A program made the translations under genes and the position numbers. A model generated the notes under the pieces. That model worked only from the letters and a program-made list of their open reading frames with translations, searched no databases and was not told where the DNA came from. 64,000 nucleotides of DNA from Acidovorax sp. YS12 (GTDB lineage Bacteria; Pseudomonadota; Gammaproteobacteria; Burkholderiales; Burkholderiaceae_C): assembly GCA_021496925.1 (NCBI GenBank), contig CP053915.1, positions 2,537,260 through 2,601,259 of the forward strand. Reading direction: 5' to 3'. Positions 46,678-57,105 of the stretch are shown here, piece by piece (the first letter of the stretch is position 1; each line of letters starts with the position of its first letter).

Positions 46678-47619
46678 TTACCCTAGGCATGGGGCGCCAT
46701 GCGCCTGCAGGTGGGCCCAAAGGGCCTGGGCCGTGCCCTGGGGCACGTCCTTGCCCATGGGCCGCTCGCGGTAGGCGCGCACGTCCATCACCATCTGCAG
46801 CGGCTCCCGCAGCTCGGCGGGCGCGGCACCCACCAGCTTGCCCGCCGCCAGTTCCTTGCGCACGGCGCTCGACGGCAGGAAGGCGACGCCGTGGCCTTCC
46901 AGGGCCATGGCCTTGAGCCCCTCGGCCATGTCGGTCTCGTAGACCCGGTCGAGGTGGATCGGGATGCCCGACTGCTTGAGGATCAGGTCGGTCAAATGCC
47001 CCAGATAGGCCCCCGCCGCGTAACCCAGGTAGGGCAGCGGCAGCTGCGCTGCGCCAGGCAGGCGGTACAGCGGCTGGCCCTGTGCATCGGGCTTGGCATA
47101 GGGCGCCAGGGCCTCCTGCCCCAGGCTCACCATCTCATAGCGCTCCGCATCCAGCTGGATCGGCTGCGAGGGATGGTGGTAGGCGATCAGCAGGTCGCAG
47201 CCCCCCTCGACCAGGCGCATCACCGCATCGTGCACGTTCAGCGCGATCAGGCGGCTCTTGAACGGGCCGAACTGCGCGTGCAGCTCCGACACCCAGGCCG
47301 GGAAGAACGTGAACGCCAGCGTGTGCGGCACGGCGAAGGCCACCACGTCCTTGCCCGAACTGGTGTGCGCGCGCAGCATGGCGCGCGTGTTGTGCAGGCC
47401 CTGCAGCATCTCCAGGGCCTGGTCGTACAGCGTCTTGCCTGCGGGGGTGAGCCGCGTGGGGTAGGAGCTGCGATCGACCAGGTCGGTGCCGGCCCAGGCC
47501 TCCAGCGCCTGGATGCGGCGCGAGAACGCCGGCTGCGTCACATGGCGCAACTGCGCCGAGCGGCTGAAACTGCGCGTTTCCGCCAGGCTGACAAAGTCCT
47601 CTAACCACTTGGTTTCCAT
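46678..47619 (-). CDS. LysR-family transcriptional regulator
   Basis: HTH 'SFSRSAQLRHVTQPAFSRRIQALE'; divergent from the TRAP operon. Confidence 0.85.
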   Translation of the reverse strand: METKWLEDFVSLAETRSFSRSAQLRHVTQPAFSRRIQALEAWAGTDLVDRSSYPTRLTPAGKTLYDQALEMLQGLHNTRAMLRAHTSSGKDVVAFAVPHTLAFTFFPAWVSELHAQFGPFKSRLIALNVHDAVMRLVEGGCDLLIAYHHPSQPIQLDAERYEMVSLGQEALAPYAKPDAQGQPLYRLPGAAQLPLPYLGYAAGAYLGHLTDLILKQSGIPIHLDRVYETDMAEGLKAMALEGHGVAFLPSSAVRKELAAGKLVGAAPAELREPLQMVMDVRAYRERPMGKDVPQGTAQALWAHLQAHGAPCLG

Positions 47620-47804
47620 GCGCGGCATTATCCGCCCGGGACATGGCGGCACGGAAAAGCCACGGGCCTGCGCCCGCGCGGCCCGCGCCGCATAATCTGC
47701 AGCGCGGCGCCTACCCGGCGCCCTTCCCCGGCCCCAGGTGCAAAACGCTGCGGGGCAGCGAGATCCGCATTCGCCATGTTCGCCTTTTCCGACTCACTGC
47801 ACCC

Positions 47805-48347
47805 ATGTCCCCCACACCTCCCGCCGGGCCGCAAGACGACGCGCCCCGCCCTGACGAGCCGCGTTCGCTGCGCCTGGAAGACTGGCTCACCGTCATCGTG
47901 ATGGCGCTGCTGGCGCTGATCACCTTCGCCAACGTGATCGTGCGCTACTTCACCGACACCTCGTTCGCCTGGACCGAGGAGATTTCGGTGTTCCTGATGA
48001 TCGTGCTCGCGCTCGTCGCCGGCTCGGCCGCCGTGGCGCGCGACGTGCACATCCGCATCGAATGGTTCGCCGAGGGCGGCTCCGCGCGCCGCCGCCAGGC
48101 GCTGGCGCGCTTCGGCGCGCTCATGGTGGCGCTGCTGTTCGGCGTGATCGCCGTGCTCAGCGTGCGCGTGGTGTGGGACGACTTCCGCTTCGAGGAGACC
48201 TCGCCCGGCATCGGCGTGCCGCAGTGGTGGTACTCGGTGTGGCTGCCCGTGTTCTCGGCGCTCATCGCCTGGCGCGCCATCGGCCTGTTCATCCGCCGCG
48301 GCCGCCAGGCGCCGCCGGAAAACCACCACGGGGACTTCCAGGCATGA
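47805..48347 (+). CDS. dctQ: TRAP transporter small permease
   Basis: 180 aa, 4 TM; stop overlaps dctM start (ATGA). Confidence 0.8.
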   Translation: MSPTPPAGPQDDAPRPDEPRSLRLEDWLTVIVMALLALITFANVIVRYFTDTSFAWTEEISVFLMIVLALVAGSAAVARDVHIRIEWFAEGGSARRRQALARFGALMVALLFGVIAVLSVRVVWDDFRFEETSPGIGVPQWWYSVWLPVFSALIAWRAIGLFIRRGRQAPPENHHGDFQA

Positions 48348-49642
48348 TCGCCACCCTGCTGTTCGTGGCTTTCCTGGCCATGATGTTCGTGGGCGTGCCC
48401 ATCGGCGCGGCCCTGGGGCTGGCGGGCGCGGCCTGCATCGCGCTGGCCAACGCCGATGCGCAGTGGTTCGGCCTGCTGGCCGTGCCGCAGAACTTTTACG
48501 CCGGGCTGGGCAAGTACCCGCTGCTGGCCATCCCGATGTTCGTGCTCGTGGGCTCGATCTTCGACCGCTCGGGCGTGGCACTGCGGCTGGTGAACTTCGC
48601 CGTGTCCATCGTCGGGCGCGGCCCCGGCATGCTGCCGCTGGTGGCCATCACCGTGGCCATGTTCCTGGGCGGCATCTCGGGCTCGGGCCCGGCCAACGCG
48701 GCCGCCGTGGGCGGCGTGATGATCGCTGCCATGAGCCGCGCCGGCTACCCCGGCAGCTTCTCGGCCAGCGTGGTGGGCGCGGCGGCGGCCACCGACATCC
48801 TGATCCCGCCCTCGGTGGCGTTCATCATCTACTCGGTGCTGGTGCCCGGCGCCTCGGTGCCCGCGCTGTTCGCGGCCGGCATGGTGCCGGGCGTGCTCGC
48901 GGGCATCGCGCTGATCGTGCCCGCCGTGTGGATGGCGCGCCGGCACAAGATGGGCGCGCTGGAGGCCGACATGCCGCGCCCGCCGTTCTGGCAGAGCCTC
49001 AAGGAAGCCCTGTGGGGCCTGGCCGCGCCGGTGCTGATCCTGGGCGGCATGCGCGCGGGCTGGTTCACGCCCACCGAGGCCGCCGTGGTGGCAGTGTTCT
49101 ACGGCCTGTTCGTGGGCATGGCGGTCCACCGCACGATCAAGGTGCGCGACCTCTTCCCCATCCTGCGCGAGGCGGGCGAGCTGTCGGCCGTGATCCTCAT
49201 CGTGGTCTCGCTCGCGGGCATCTTCGCGTTCTCGCTGTCCACGCTGGGCGTGATCGACCCGGTGGCGAATGCCATCGTGCACTCGGGCCTGGGCGAATAC
49301 GGCGTGCTGGCGCTCTTGATTCTGCTGCTCATCACCGTGGGCATGTTCCTCGACGGCATCTCGATCTTCCTGATCTTCGTGCCGCTGCTGCTGCCCATCA
49401 TGCAGCACTACGGCTGGGACCCGGTGTGGTTCGGCGTGATCCTCACGCTGAAGGTGGCGCTGGGCCAGTTCACGCCGCCGCTGGCCGTGAACCTGATGGT
49501 GTCGTGCCGCATCGCCGGCGTGCGCATGGAGTCCACCGTGCGCTGGGTCGGCCCGATGCTGCTGGCCATGTTCCTGGTCATGGTGGCCGTGATCGCCTTC
49601 CCGCAACTCGCCCTGTGGCTGCCGGCCAAGCTGGGCTACTGA
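48344..49642 (+). CDS. dctM: TRAP transporter large permease
   Basis: 432 aa polytopic DctM family. Confidence 0.9.
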   Translation: MIATLLFVAFLAMMFVGVPIGAALGLAGAACIALANADAQWFGLLAVPQNFYAGLGKYPLLAIPMFVLVGSIFDRSGVALRLVNFAVSIVGRGPGMLPLVAITVAMFLGGISGSGPANAAAVGGVMIAAMSRAGYPGSFSASVVGAAAATDILIPPSVAFIIYSVLVPGASVPALFAAGMVPGVLAGIALIVPAVWMARRHKMGALEADMPRPPFWQSLKEALWGLAAPVLILGGMRAGWFTPTEAAVVAVFYGLFVGMAVHRTIKVRDLFPILREAGELSAVILIVVSLAGIFAFSLSTLGVIDPVANAIVHSGLGEYGVLALLILLLITVGMFLDGISIFLIFVPLLLPIMQHYGWDPVWFGVILTLKVALGQFTPPLAVNLMVSCRIAGVRMESTVRWVGPMLLAMFLVMVAVIAFPQLALWLPAKLGY

Positions 49643-49664
49643 TTTTTCCCAAGGAGACTGTCTG

Positions 49665-50696
49665 ATGAAACTGCGTACCTTCCTCGCCTCGGCCGTAGCC
49701 GCCGCCGCGGCACTCGCCTTCGCCACGCCCGCGCTGGCGCAGAACTACAAGAGCGAATACCGCATGTCGCTGGTGCTCGGCACGGCCTTCCCCTGGGGCA
49801 AGGGCGGCGAGATCTGGGCCGCCAAGGTCAAGGAAAAGACCCAGGGCCGCATCAACATCAAGCTCTACCCCGGCGTGTCGCTGATCCAGGGCGACCAGAC
49901 GCGCGAATTCAGCGCGCTGCGCCAGGGCGTGATCGACATGGCCGTGGGCTCGACCATCAACTGGTCGCCCCAGGTCAAGCAGCTCAACCTGTTCTCGCTG
50001 CCCTTCCTGTTCCCCGACTACGCCGCCGTGGACGCGGTGACGCAGGGCGAGGTCGGCAAGAGCCTCTTCGCCACGCTGGAGAAGGCCGGCGTGGTGCCGC
50101 TGGCCTGGGGCGAGAACGGCTACCGCGAGATCAGCAACTCCAAGCACGCCATCAAGAGCCCGGCCGACCTCAAGGGCCTGAAGATCCGCGTGGTGGGCTC
50201 GCCGCTGTTCCTCGACACCTTCACCGCCCTGGGCGCCAACCCCACGCAGATGAGCTGGGCCGACGCCCAGCCCGCCATGGCCAGCGGCGCCGTGGACGGC
50301 CAGGAGAACCCCATCTCGGTGTACCAGGCCGCCAAGCTGCACACCGTGGCGCAGAAGCACATCACCATGTGGGGCTACATGAACGACCCGCTGGTCTTCG
50401 TGGTGAACAAGGACATCTGGAACAGCTGGACGCCCGCCGACCGCGAGGCCGTGCGCCAGGCCGCCATCGAGGCCGGTAAGGAAGAAATCGCCATCGCGCG
50501 CAAGGGCATGGTCGAGGAAGGCAAGCCGCTGCTCAAGGAAATCGCCGCCCACGGCGTGACCATCACCCAGCTCAGCCCCGCCGAGCGCGAAGCCTTCGTC
50601 AAGGCCACGCGCCCGGTGCACGACAAGTGGAAGAACCAGATCGGCGCCGACCTGGTGCAGGCGGCCGAAAAGGCCATCGCCGCGCGCAAGCCGTAA
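49665..50696 (+). CDS. dctP: TRAP transporter substrate-binding protein
   Basis: Signal peptide plus DctP family (343 aa). Confidence 0.88.
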   Translation: MKLRTFLASAVAAAAALAFATPALAQNYKSEYRMSLVLGTAFPWGKGGEIWAAKVKEKTQGRINIKLYPGVSLIQGDQTREFSALRQGVIDMAVGSTINWSPQVKQLNLFSLPFLFPDYAAVDAVTQGEVGKSLFATLEKAGVVPLAWGENGYREISNSKHAIKSPADLKGLKIRVVGSPLFLDTFTALGANPTQMSWADAQPAMASGAVDGQENPISVYQAAKLHTVAQKHITMWGYMNDPLVFVVNKDIWNSWTPADREAVRQAAIEAGKEEIAIARKGMVEEGKPLLKEIAAHGVTITQLSPAEREAFVKATRPVHDKWKNQIGADLVQAAEKAIAARKP

Positions 50697-50757
50697 CGCT
50701 ATCAAAAAAAGAGCTTCTGGCGCTTGCCTGGCAAGCGCCAGAAGCTCTTTTTTATTC
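50697..50757. repeat. REP-like element, perfect 24-nt palindrome (AAAAAAGAGCTTCTGGCGCTTGCC / GGCAAGCGCCAGAAGCTCTTTTTT); likely also a bidirectional terminator
   Basis: Perfect inverted repeat flanked by A and T tracts, immediately after the dctP stop. Confidence 0.6.
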
Positions 50758-50882
50758 AAACTATTGGGCCCAGCGGCGCCCCTGCGCGCGCCGTGCCACG
50801 CGCGTAACTCCCACCCTGGCGGCCGGATGATCTGGGATAAATTGCCTGCGAGAACGTGTTCACGGGCTCTTCGAGGAGGGGC

Positions 50883-53570
50883 ATGCGACATTTCCTGCTC
50901 GCGGCGGCGCTGTGGCTGCTGGCGTGCCTTGCCGCGGTCATCGGCGCCGAAGCCTATGACCGCGATCGCGCGCGCCAGGCCGCGCTGAACGAACTGCAAG
51001 GCCAGCTCGACGCGCATGGCGCGCGCCTGCAGGCGCGCCTGGACGGCATCGCCCGGCACAACCGCGCGCTGGCACAGGCGCTGGCGCACGACGCCGGCAT
51101 GTCCCCCACCGCCCTGGAGGCCCTGGCGGCGCAGGCCGTGGCCGAGGAGCCGCTGCTCGCCAGCGTGCTGGTGTCGCGCCACGCCAAGGCGGTTTTCGTC
51201 TACCCGCAGCAGGGCAATGAAGCCATCGTCGGGCTGAACTACGACCTGCGGCCGGAGTTCATGGCCAGCTTCAAGCGCGCGAGCGAAACGCGCGCCACTG
51301 CCTTCGACGTGCCGGTGCGCCTGATCCAGACCGGCAAGGACGGCATCATCGCCCGCACCGCCGTGTTCGTGCACCTGCCCAGCAGCGGCGAGGACGTGCT
51401 CTGGGGCCACGTGTCCATGGGCGTGGACCTGGAGCGGCTGCTGCGCTCCGCCGGGTTCCTGGCGCCCCAGGCTGGCTTCGCCCTGGCCATCCGCAGCGCG
51501 CTGCCGCAGCAGCACGCCCGCCCGGTCTTCGGCGACCCCGCCGTGTTCCAGGGCCCGCACGCCCAGGCGCGCCTGGCGCTGAGCGACAGCACCTGGGACA
51601 TCGGCGCGGCGCCGCTGCACCCCGCCGCCTACCCGCCAGGCCGCGCCTGGGCGCTGCGCGCGGCCGGCCTGTGCCTGGCTCTGGCGCCCCTCCTCGCGCT
51701 CCTGGCGTGGCGGCTGCGCGGCGCGGCGCACCAATCCGCCACGGCCCCGGGGCCGCGCCGCTACGGGCTGCGCGCCGTGCTGCTGCTGGCCGTGCTGGTG
51801 CCCGTGCCGGTGATGGTGGGCCTGTCGGCCCTGCTGTCCTTCGAGGCGTCGACCCAGGCGGCGGACGAGCTGGAGCAGCGCCACGCCACCGAGATGGCGC
51901 TGCGCATCCACGACCGGGTCACGGCCTTCTTCGACATCCCGCGCCAGATGGTGATCTACAACGCCGAGCAGTTCCGCGCCGGCCTGCTGCGTACCGACCA
52001 GCCCCAGGCAGCGCTGCACAACTTCCTGCTGCAGATGCGGCGCCAGCCCCTGCTGACCTTCCTGTCCCTGGGCACCACGGAAGGCGATTACTACACCGCC
52101 AGCCGCCCGCCGCGCGGCGGCGACAAGGCGCTGAACGTAATGCGCTCGAGCAGCGCCACCGGGCACGCGCTGCACATCCAGCGCGTGGACGACGACTACC
52201 GTAGCAGCCCGCTCGCGTTCACCGGCAACCGCCATTTCGACGTGCGCGACCGGCCCTGGTTCCGGGCCGCGGTGACGGCCAACGCCATCTGCTGGTACCC
52301 GGCCTACCGCTACACCATCCAGGACGCCGAGGGCGTTTACGACGCCATGGGGATCGGCATGTCGGTGCCGCTGTACGACCAGGGCCGGCGCTTCGTCGGC
52401 GTGCTCGCGGCGGACGTGGCGCTGTCGCAGCTGAGCGAGCTGCTGCGCGAGCTCACGGCCAGCATCGGCGGCGTGGCCTTCCTCACCGAGGGCGACGGCG
52501 CGCTCCTGGCCAGCTCCGGCAGCGAGCCGGTGTACCACCTCGACGGCGAAACGGCGCGGCGCATCCAGGCCGACGCCAGCGAGAACCCCGCCATCCGCAG
52601 CGCCCAGGCCACGGTGCGCGCCAGCCAGGCCACCGAGGGCCGCCAGCGCATCACCGTGCAGGGCGAGCGCTACCTGACCAACTGGCAGACCATCCAGCTC
52701 CCCGATGGGCCAGCGCTGACCATCGTCGTCGGCCTGCCGGAGCGCCATTTCACCGGCCCGGCGCGGGACACGCTGCACACCACCGGCTACCTCACGCTGG
52801 CCTTCGGCCTGTTCGGCGTGCTGCTGGCCATGTGGGTGGCCCAGCGCCTCGCGCAGCCGCTGCTGTCCATCCACCAGTGGGCGCAGCGGCTGGCCCAGGG
52901 GCATTGGCAATCCCCGCCGCCCCTGCCCAGCGCGGTGCGCGAGGTCGCCGACCTGTCGCTGGCCCTGGGCGACATGGCCGAGCACCTGCAGCGCAACACC
53001 CAGGAGCTGGAGCAGCGCGTGCACGAGCGCACCGCGGCCCTGGCCGAGGCCAACCGCCAGCTCGAAGCGCTGGCCGTGACCGACGGGCTCACCGGCATCG
53101 CCAACCGGCGGCACTTCGACAGCACGCTGGCGCTGGAGTGGGCGCGCGCGCAGCGCAGCCAGCAGCCGCTGGCGCTGCTGATGCTCGACGTGGACCTCTT
53201 CAAGGACTACAACGACCACTACGGCCACCAGGCGGGCGACGAGACCCTTAGGGCCATCGCGCAGGTCTTGCTGGAGACCACGCGCCGCGCGGGCGACCTG
53301 GCGGCGCGCTACGGCGGGGAGGAGTTCGCCGTCATCGCGGCCAACACCGGCGCGGCGGCGGCGCGCCAACTGGCCGAGTCGCTGCGCGCCGCCGTGCAGC
53401 ACCTGGCCATCGCGCACGCCCTGGCGCCGCAGGGCCACGTCACGGTGAGCATCGGGCTGGCCCTGCTGGCGCCGGGCCGGCCGGTGCCGGCCCAGACGCT
53501 GATCGGCCAGGCCGACGAGGCGCTGTACCGCGCCAAGACCCTGGGGCGCAACCGGGTGGAGCAGGCGTGA
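50883..53570 (+). CDS. Sensor diguanylate cyclase (periplasmic CHASE/Cache-like domains, TM, HAMP, GGDEF)
   Basis: 'RYGGEEFAVI' active GGEEF; GGAGG RBS 8 nt upstream of the ATG. Confidence 0.85.
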   Translation: MRHFLLAAALWLLACLAAVIGAEAYDRDRARQAALNELQGQLDAHGARLQARLDGIARHNRALAQALAHDAGMSPTALEALAAQAVAEEPLLASVLVSRHAKAVFVYPQQGNEAIVGLNYDLRPEFMASFKRASETRATAFDVPVRLIQTGKDGIIARTAVFVHLPSSGEDVLWGHVSMGVDLERLLRSAGFLAPQAGFALAIRSALPQQHARPVFGDPAVFQGPHAQARLALSDSTWDIGAAPLHPAAYPPGRAWALRAAGLCLALAPLLALLAWRLRGAAHQSATAPGPRRYGLRAVLLLAVLVPVPVMVGLSALLSFEASTQAADELEQRHATEMALRIHDRVTAFFDIPRQMVIYNAEQFRAGLLRTDQPQAALHNFLLQMRRQPLLTFLSLGTTEGDYYTASRPPRGGDKALNVMRSSSATGHALHIQRVDDDYRSSPLAFTGNRHFDVRDRPWFRAAVTANAICWYPAYRYTIQDAEGVYDAMGIGMSVPLYDQGRRFVGVLAADVALSQLSELLRELTASIGGVAFLTEGDGALLASSGSEPVYHLDGETARRIQADASENPAIRSAQATVRASQATEGRQRITVQGERYLTNWQTIQLPDGPALTIVVGLPERHFTGPARDTLHTTGYLTLAFGLFGVLLAMWVAQRLAQPLLSIHQWAQRLAQGHWQSPPPLPSAVREVADLSLALGDMAEHLQRNTQELEQRVHERTAALAEANRQLEALAVTDGLTGIANRRHFDSTLALEWARAQRSQQPLALLMLDVDLFKDYNDHYGHQAGDETLRAIAQVLLETTRRAGDLAARYGGEEFAVIAANTGAAAARQLAESLRAAVQHLAIAHALAPQGHVTVSIGLALLAPGRPVPAQTLIGQADEALYRAKTLGRNRVEQA

Positions 53571-53584
53571 CGGCCAATCACTCC

Positions 53585-53632
53585 TGAAAGCATAGCTGCC
53601 AGCGCTTTATGGATAAGGGCTAGAGCCCGTTT
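53585..53632. repeat. REP-like element, half-site variant (CATAGCTGCCAGCGCTTT plus GGGCTAGAGCCC hairpin)
   Basis: Same architecture as the copy at 24133-24180. Confidence 0.45.
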
Positions 53633-55452
53633 TCACCCGAATTCTGCTGCAGCGCCCACATGCGCGCATAGTGCCCGCCGGCCGCCAGCAGCGCGGCGTG
53701 CGTGCCGCGTTCGACGATGCGCCCGGCCTCCATGACCAGGATCTCGTGCGCATCCACCACGGTGGACAGGCGGTGCGCGATCACCAGCGTGGTCTTGCCC
53801 CGGGCCACCTGGCGCAGTTCGGCCTGGATGGCGCGTTCGTTGGCCGAGTCGAGCGCGCTCGTGGCTTCGTCGAAGATCAGGATGGGCGGGTTCTTGAGCA
53901 GCGTGCGCGCGATGGCCACGCGCTGCTTCTCGCCGCCCGAGAGCTTGAGGCCGCGCTCGCCCACCATGGTGTCGTAGCCCTTGGGCGTGGCGGCGATGAA
54001 GCCGTGGATGTGCGCCGCGCGCGCCGCCTGCTCCACCTCGGCCTGCGTGGCGTCGGGCCGGCCATAGGCGATGTTGTAGGCCACGGTGTCGTTGAACAGC
54101 ACCGTGTCCTGCGGCACGATGCCGATGGCGCGGCGCAGCGACTGCTGCGTCACGGCGCGGATGTCCTGCCCGGCGATGGTGATGCGGCCCTGCTGGATGT
54201 CGTAGAAGCGGAACAGCAGGCGGCTCAGCGTGCTCTTGCCCGCGCCCGAAGGGCCGACCACGGCCACCGTCCTGCCGGCCGGGATCTCGAAGCCCACGCC
54301 CTGCAGGATGGGGCGCCCGCTTTCGTAGGCGAAGTGCACGTCCTCGAAGCGCACGGCGGGCTGCTCCAGCCCGGCCAGGGCCACGGCGCCGGGCGCGTCG
54401 GCCACCTCGCGCTCCTTGTCCATGAGCACGAACATCTTTTCCAGGTCGGTCAGGCTCTGCTTGATCTGGCGGTAGATCACGCCCAGGAAGTTCAGCGGCA
54501 TGTAGAGCTGGATCATGAAGGCGTTGACCATGACCAGGTCGCCCAGCGTCATGCGGCCCTCGGCCACGCCCTGCGTGGCGCGCCAGAGCATGGCCACCAG
54601 GCCGATGGCGATGATGAGCTGCTGCCCGGCGTTGAGCAGCGACAGCGTGGTCTGGCTCTTGAGGCGCGCGGCGAACAGGCGCTGCAGGCTCTCGCCGTAG
54701 CGCCGGGCCTCGAAGGCCTCGTTGTTGAAGTACTTGACGGTCTCGTAGTTGAGCAGCGAGTCGATGGCCTTGGTGTTCGCGGCCGAGTCGAACTCGTTGA
54801 CGCGGCGGCGGTACTGGGTGCGCCATTCGGTCACGCTGACGGTGAAGGCGATGTACACGGCCAGCGCCGCCCCCGTGATGATGGCGAACCAGGCGTCGAA
54901 CTTCACCGCCAGGATGCCCAGCACCAGCGCCACCTCGATCAGCGTGGGCAGGATGCTGTAGAGCGCATAGGAGATCAGCGACTCGATGCCGCCCACGCCG
55001 CGCTCGATGTCGCGCGTCATGCCGCCGGTCTGGCGCTCCAGGTGAAAGCGCAGGCTCAGGCTGTGCAGGTGCTCGAACGCCGTCTGCGCGATGCTGCGCT
55101 CCACGCCGTGCGTGGCCTTGGCGAACACCAGCTCGCGCAGCTCGGTCAGCAGCGCGGTGGACAGGCGCAGCAGGCCGTAGGCCAGCAGCAGCCCCACCGG
55201 CACCACCAGCAGCGCGGTGCTGCCGCCGGGCGGCACGTCCATGGCGTCCACCAGGCGCTTGAGCAGCAGCGGCACGCCCACGTTGGCCATCTTGGCGCCG
55301 ACCATGAAGGCGATGGCCGCGGCGACGCGCCATTTGTACGTCCACAGATAGGGCAGCAGGCGCGCCAGCGTGGCGCCGTCGGAGCGCGGCGGCGCGGAGG
55401 ATGCAGGAGATGCGGGGTTTTGCGGGGGGGCGTGTTCGCCTTGGCGGCGCAT
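53620..55452 (-). CDS. ABC transporter permease/ATP-binding protein, Atm1/HMT1-like exporter
   Basis: 6-TM domain plus NBD with Walker A 'GPSGAGKST' and 'LSGGEKQR'. Confidence 0.85.
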   Translation of the reverse strand: MRRQGEHAPPQNPASPASSAPPRSDGATLARLLPYLWTYKWRVAAAIAFMVGAKMANVGVPLLLKRLVDAMDVPPGGSTALLVVPVGLLLAYGLLRLSTALLTELRELVFAKATHGVERSIAQTAFEHLHSLSLRFHLERQTGGMTRDIERGVGGIESLISYALYSILPTLIEVALVLGILAVKFDAWFAIITGAALAVYIAFTVSVTEWRTQYRRRVNEFDSAANTKAIDSLLNYETVKYFNNEAFEARRYGESLQRLFAARLKSQTTLSLLNAGQQLIIAIGLVAMLWRATQGVAEGRMTLGDLVMVNAFMIQLYMPLNFLGVIYRQIKQSLTDLEKMFVLMDKEREVADAPGAVALAGLEQPAVRFEDVHFAYESGRPILQGVGFEIPAGRTVAVVGPSGAGKSTLSRLLFRFYDIQQGRITIAGQDIRAVTQQSLRRAIGIVPQDTVLFNDTVAYNIAYGRPDATQAEVEQAARAAHIHGFIAATPKGYDTMVGERGLKLSGGEKQRVAIARTLLKNPPILIFDEATSALDSANERAIQAELRQVARGKTTLVIAHRLSTVVDAHEILVMEAGRIVERGTHAALLAAGGHYARMWALQQNSGENGL

Positions 55453-55494
55453 GGGAGAGAATCCGGGAGATCAGCAAAACCAACGATTGTGCCC

Positions 55495-55911
55495 ATGTCC
55501 CAGCCCGCAGCGCGCCCCACGTCCGAATTGCCCGCCAACAAGGAGCTGGTGATGAAAGTCATTCCCATGCCCGCCGACACGAATGCCAACGGCGACATCT
55601 TCGGCGGCTGGGTGATGGCACAGGTCGATCTGGCCGGCGCGGTGCTGCCCGCGCGCGTGGTGCAGGGGCGCATGGCCACGGTAGCGGTGAAAGAGTTCGT
55701 CTTCAAGCAGCCCGTGCGCGTGGGCGACATCCTGTCGTTCTACTCCAGCGTGGTGCGCCTGGGCCGCACCTCGGTCACGGTGGACGTGGAGGTGTATGCC
55801 GAGCGCTTCGCCACCCAGGGCAGCTATGTGAAGGTGACGGAGGCGCTCCTGACCTACGTGGCCATCGACGCCAGCGGCAAGCCCCGGCCGATCCCGCCGC
55901 AGCAGGGGTAA
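55495..55911 (+). CDS. yciA: Acyl-CoA thioesterase, hotdog fold (YciA-like)
   Basis: 'MPADTNANGDIFGGWVMAQVDLAG' is nearly identical to the E. coli YciA core. Confidence 0.75.
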   Translation: MSQPAARPTSELPANKELVMKVIPMPADTNANGDIFGGWVMAQVDLAGAVLPARVVQGRMATVAVKEFVFKQPVRVGDILSFYSSVVRLGRTSVTVDVEVYAERFATQGSYVKVTEALLTYVAIDASGKPRPIPPQQG

Positions 55912-55942
55912 CTCAGGCCAGCACCGCCCCGGTGCGGCCGCC

Positions 55943-56446
55943 TCACGGGCGCACCGCCAGGGCCGCCGCAGCGTTGCCTGCGGAGATCTCGCCAGTGAGC
56001 TGGCCACCTTCCTCGATCACCACCTTGCCGTAGCGGATCTTGCCGCTGACCTTGCCGCCGCTGTGGATCACGAGCTTCTCGCGCACGGTGAGCGTGCCGT
56101 CGAACAGGCCATGGATCTCGGCCACGTCGATCTGGGCCGTGCCGTGGAAAGCGCCCTCCTTGGCGATCTGGATCACGCGCGAATCCATGGTCGCCTCGAC
56201 CGTGCCCTCGACCACCAGCGTGTCGCAGTCGGTGATCTCCACGCCCTTGAGCTTGATGTTGGGCCCCACCGTGAGCTTGCTGCCGCCGCTGTCGGCGTGG
56301 CCTGGCCTGGCCTGCGCCGCGGGCGCTGCCGGGCTGGCGGCGGCGCTGGTGCCCGTGGCACTGCCGCTGGACAGCGGCTGGGCGCTGGTGCGCATCAACG
56401 GCGATTCGGGTTCACGTTTGCCAAAGAAGGGGTTTTGCACGGCCAT
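55943..56446 (-). CDS. Bactofilin (polymer-forming cytoskeletal protein)
   Basis: DUF583 beta-helix 'VGPNIKLKGVEITDCDTLVVEGTVEATM...IRYGKVVIEEGGQLTGEIS'; Ala/Pro-rich tail. Confidence 0.75.
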   Translation of the reverse strand: MAVQNPFFGKREPESPLMRTSAQPLSSGSATGTSAAASPAAPAAQARPGHADSGGSKLTVGPNIKLKGVEITDCDTLVVEGTVEATMDSRVIQIAKEGAFHGTAQIDVAEIHGLFDGTLTVREKLVIHSGGKVSGKIRYGKVVIEEGGQLTGEISAGNAAAALAVRP

Positions 56447-56621
56447 CAGGACTCCTGGGTTCAACGGGAAAAAACCCATCGTAGAAGCCTTGATGCGTGA
56501 CAAATTCCAGCATCACGCAAGAGCCGTAAGCAAACCCTTCGTTTGTTGCCTGCACTTGCAGGTCTTGCACCGGCACACGCCAGCCGCCATCCTGTTGCAA
56601 CCACGGGGGCGGCGGCAGCCC

Positions 56622-57104
56622 TCAGGAGACGATGTAGGCGGCCGCGCCGGCCGAGAGCAACTGCCCGTCGGCCCCGAGGAACTCCATGCGCGTCGTGGCC
56701 ACGCGCGAACCCAGGCGCAGCACCTGCGCGCGCAGCTCGAAATGCTGGCCGATGGCCGGGCGCAGGTAGTCGATGCGCAGGTCGATGGTGCCGAGCTTGG
56801 CGAAGCGCAGCAGGCGCTGCAGTGGCGCTTCGTCCATGTGGCGGGCGCCAATGGCCGCCATCACGGCCAGGCCGCCCATGGCGTCGAGCCCGGCGCTGAT
56901 GACGCCGCCGTGCATGCGGTTGTAGGCGTAGTGGCCGATCAGGTCGGGGCGCATGTCGATGCGCGCCGTCACGCAATCGGGCGCCACGTCCTGCACCTTC
57001 AGGCCCAGCAACTGGTTGAAGACGATCTTCTCCTCGAAGATCGTGCGCACGCCCTCGATGAACTCGGGCTCGAAAGCGGCCGGAGCCGCGGTGGCCTTGC
57101 CCAT
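56622..57104 (-). CDS. PaaI/YbgC-type hotdog thioesterase
   Basis: 160 aa; 'HGGVISAGLD' hotdog motif. Confidence 0.7.
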   Translation of the reverse strand: MGKATAAPAAFEPEFIEGVRTIFEEKIVFNQLLGLKVQDVAPDCVTARIDMRPDLIGHYAYNRMHGGVISAGLDAMGGLAVMAAIGARHMDEAPLQRLLRFAKLGTIDLRIDYLRPAIGQHFELRAQVLRLGSRVATTRMEFLGADGQLLSAGAAAYIVS

Positions 57105-57105
57105 G

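Noticed and set aside
49578-53438. 1286-aa ORF on the minus strand, plus similar giants (35238-37760 at 840 aa, 38512-41103 at 863 aa, 53671-55911 at 746 aa, 731-2674, 5790-7037, 8713-10680 and others)
   Set aside because: These are Arg/Gly/Ala/His-rich translations with no domain signatures, running antisense or out of frame to strongly supported genes (dctM/dctP/DGC, M48/DUF898, flhA/flhF). They are typical open alternative frames in ~68% GC DNA. Only in-frame sub-segments (M48, NUDIX-MBL, yciA) were kept.
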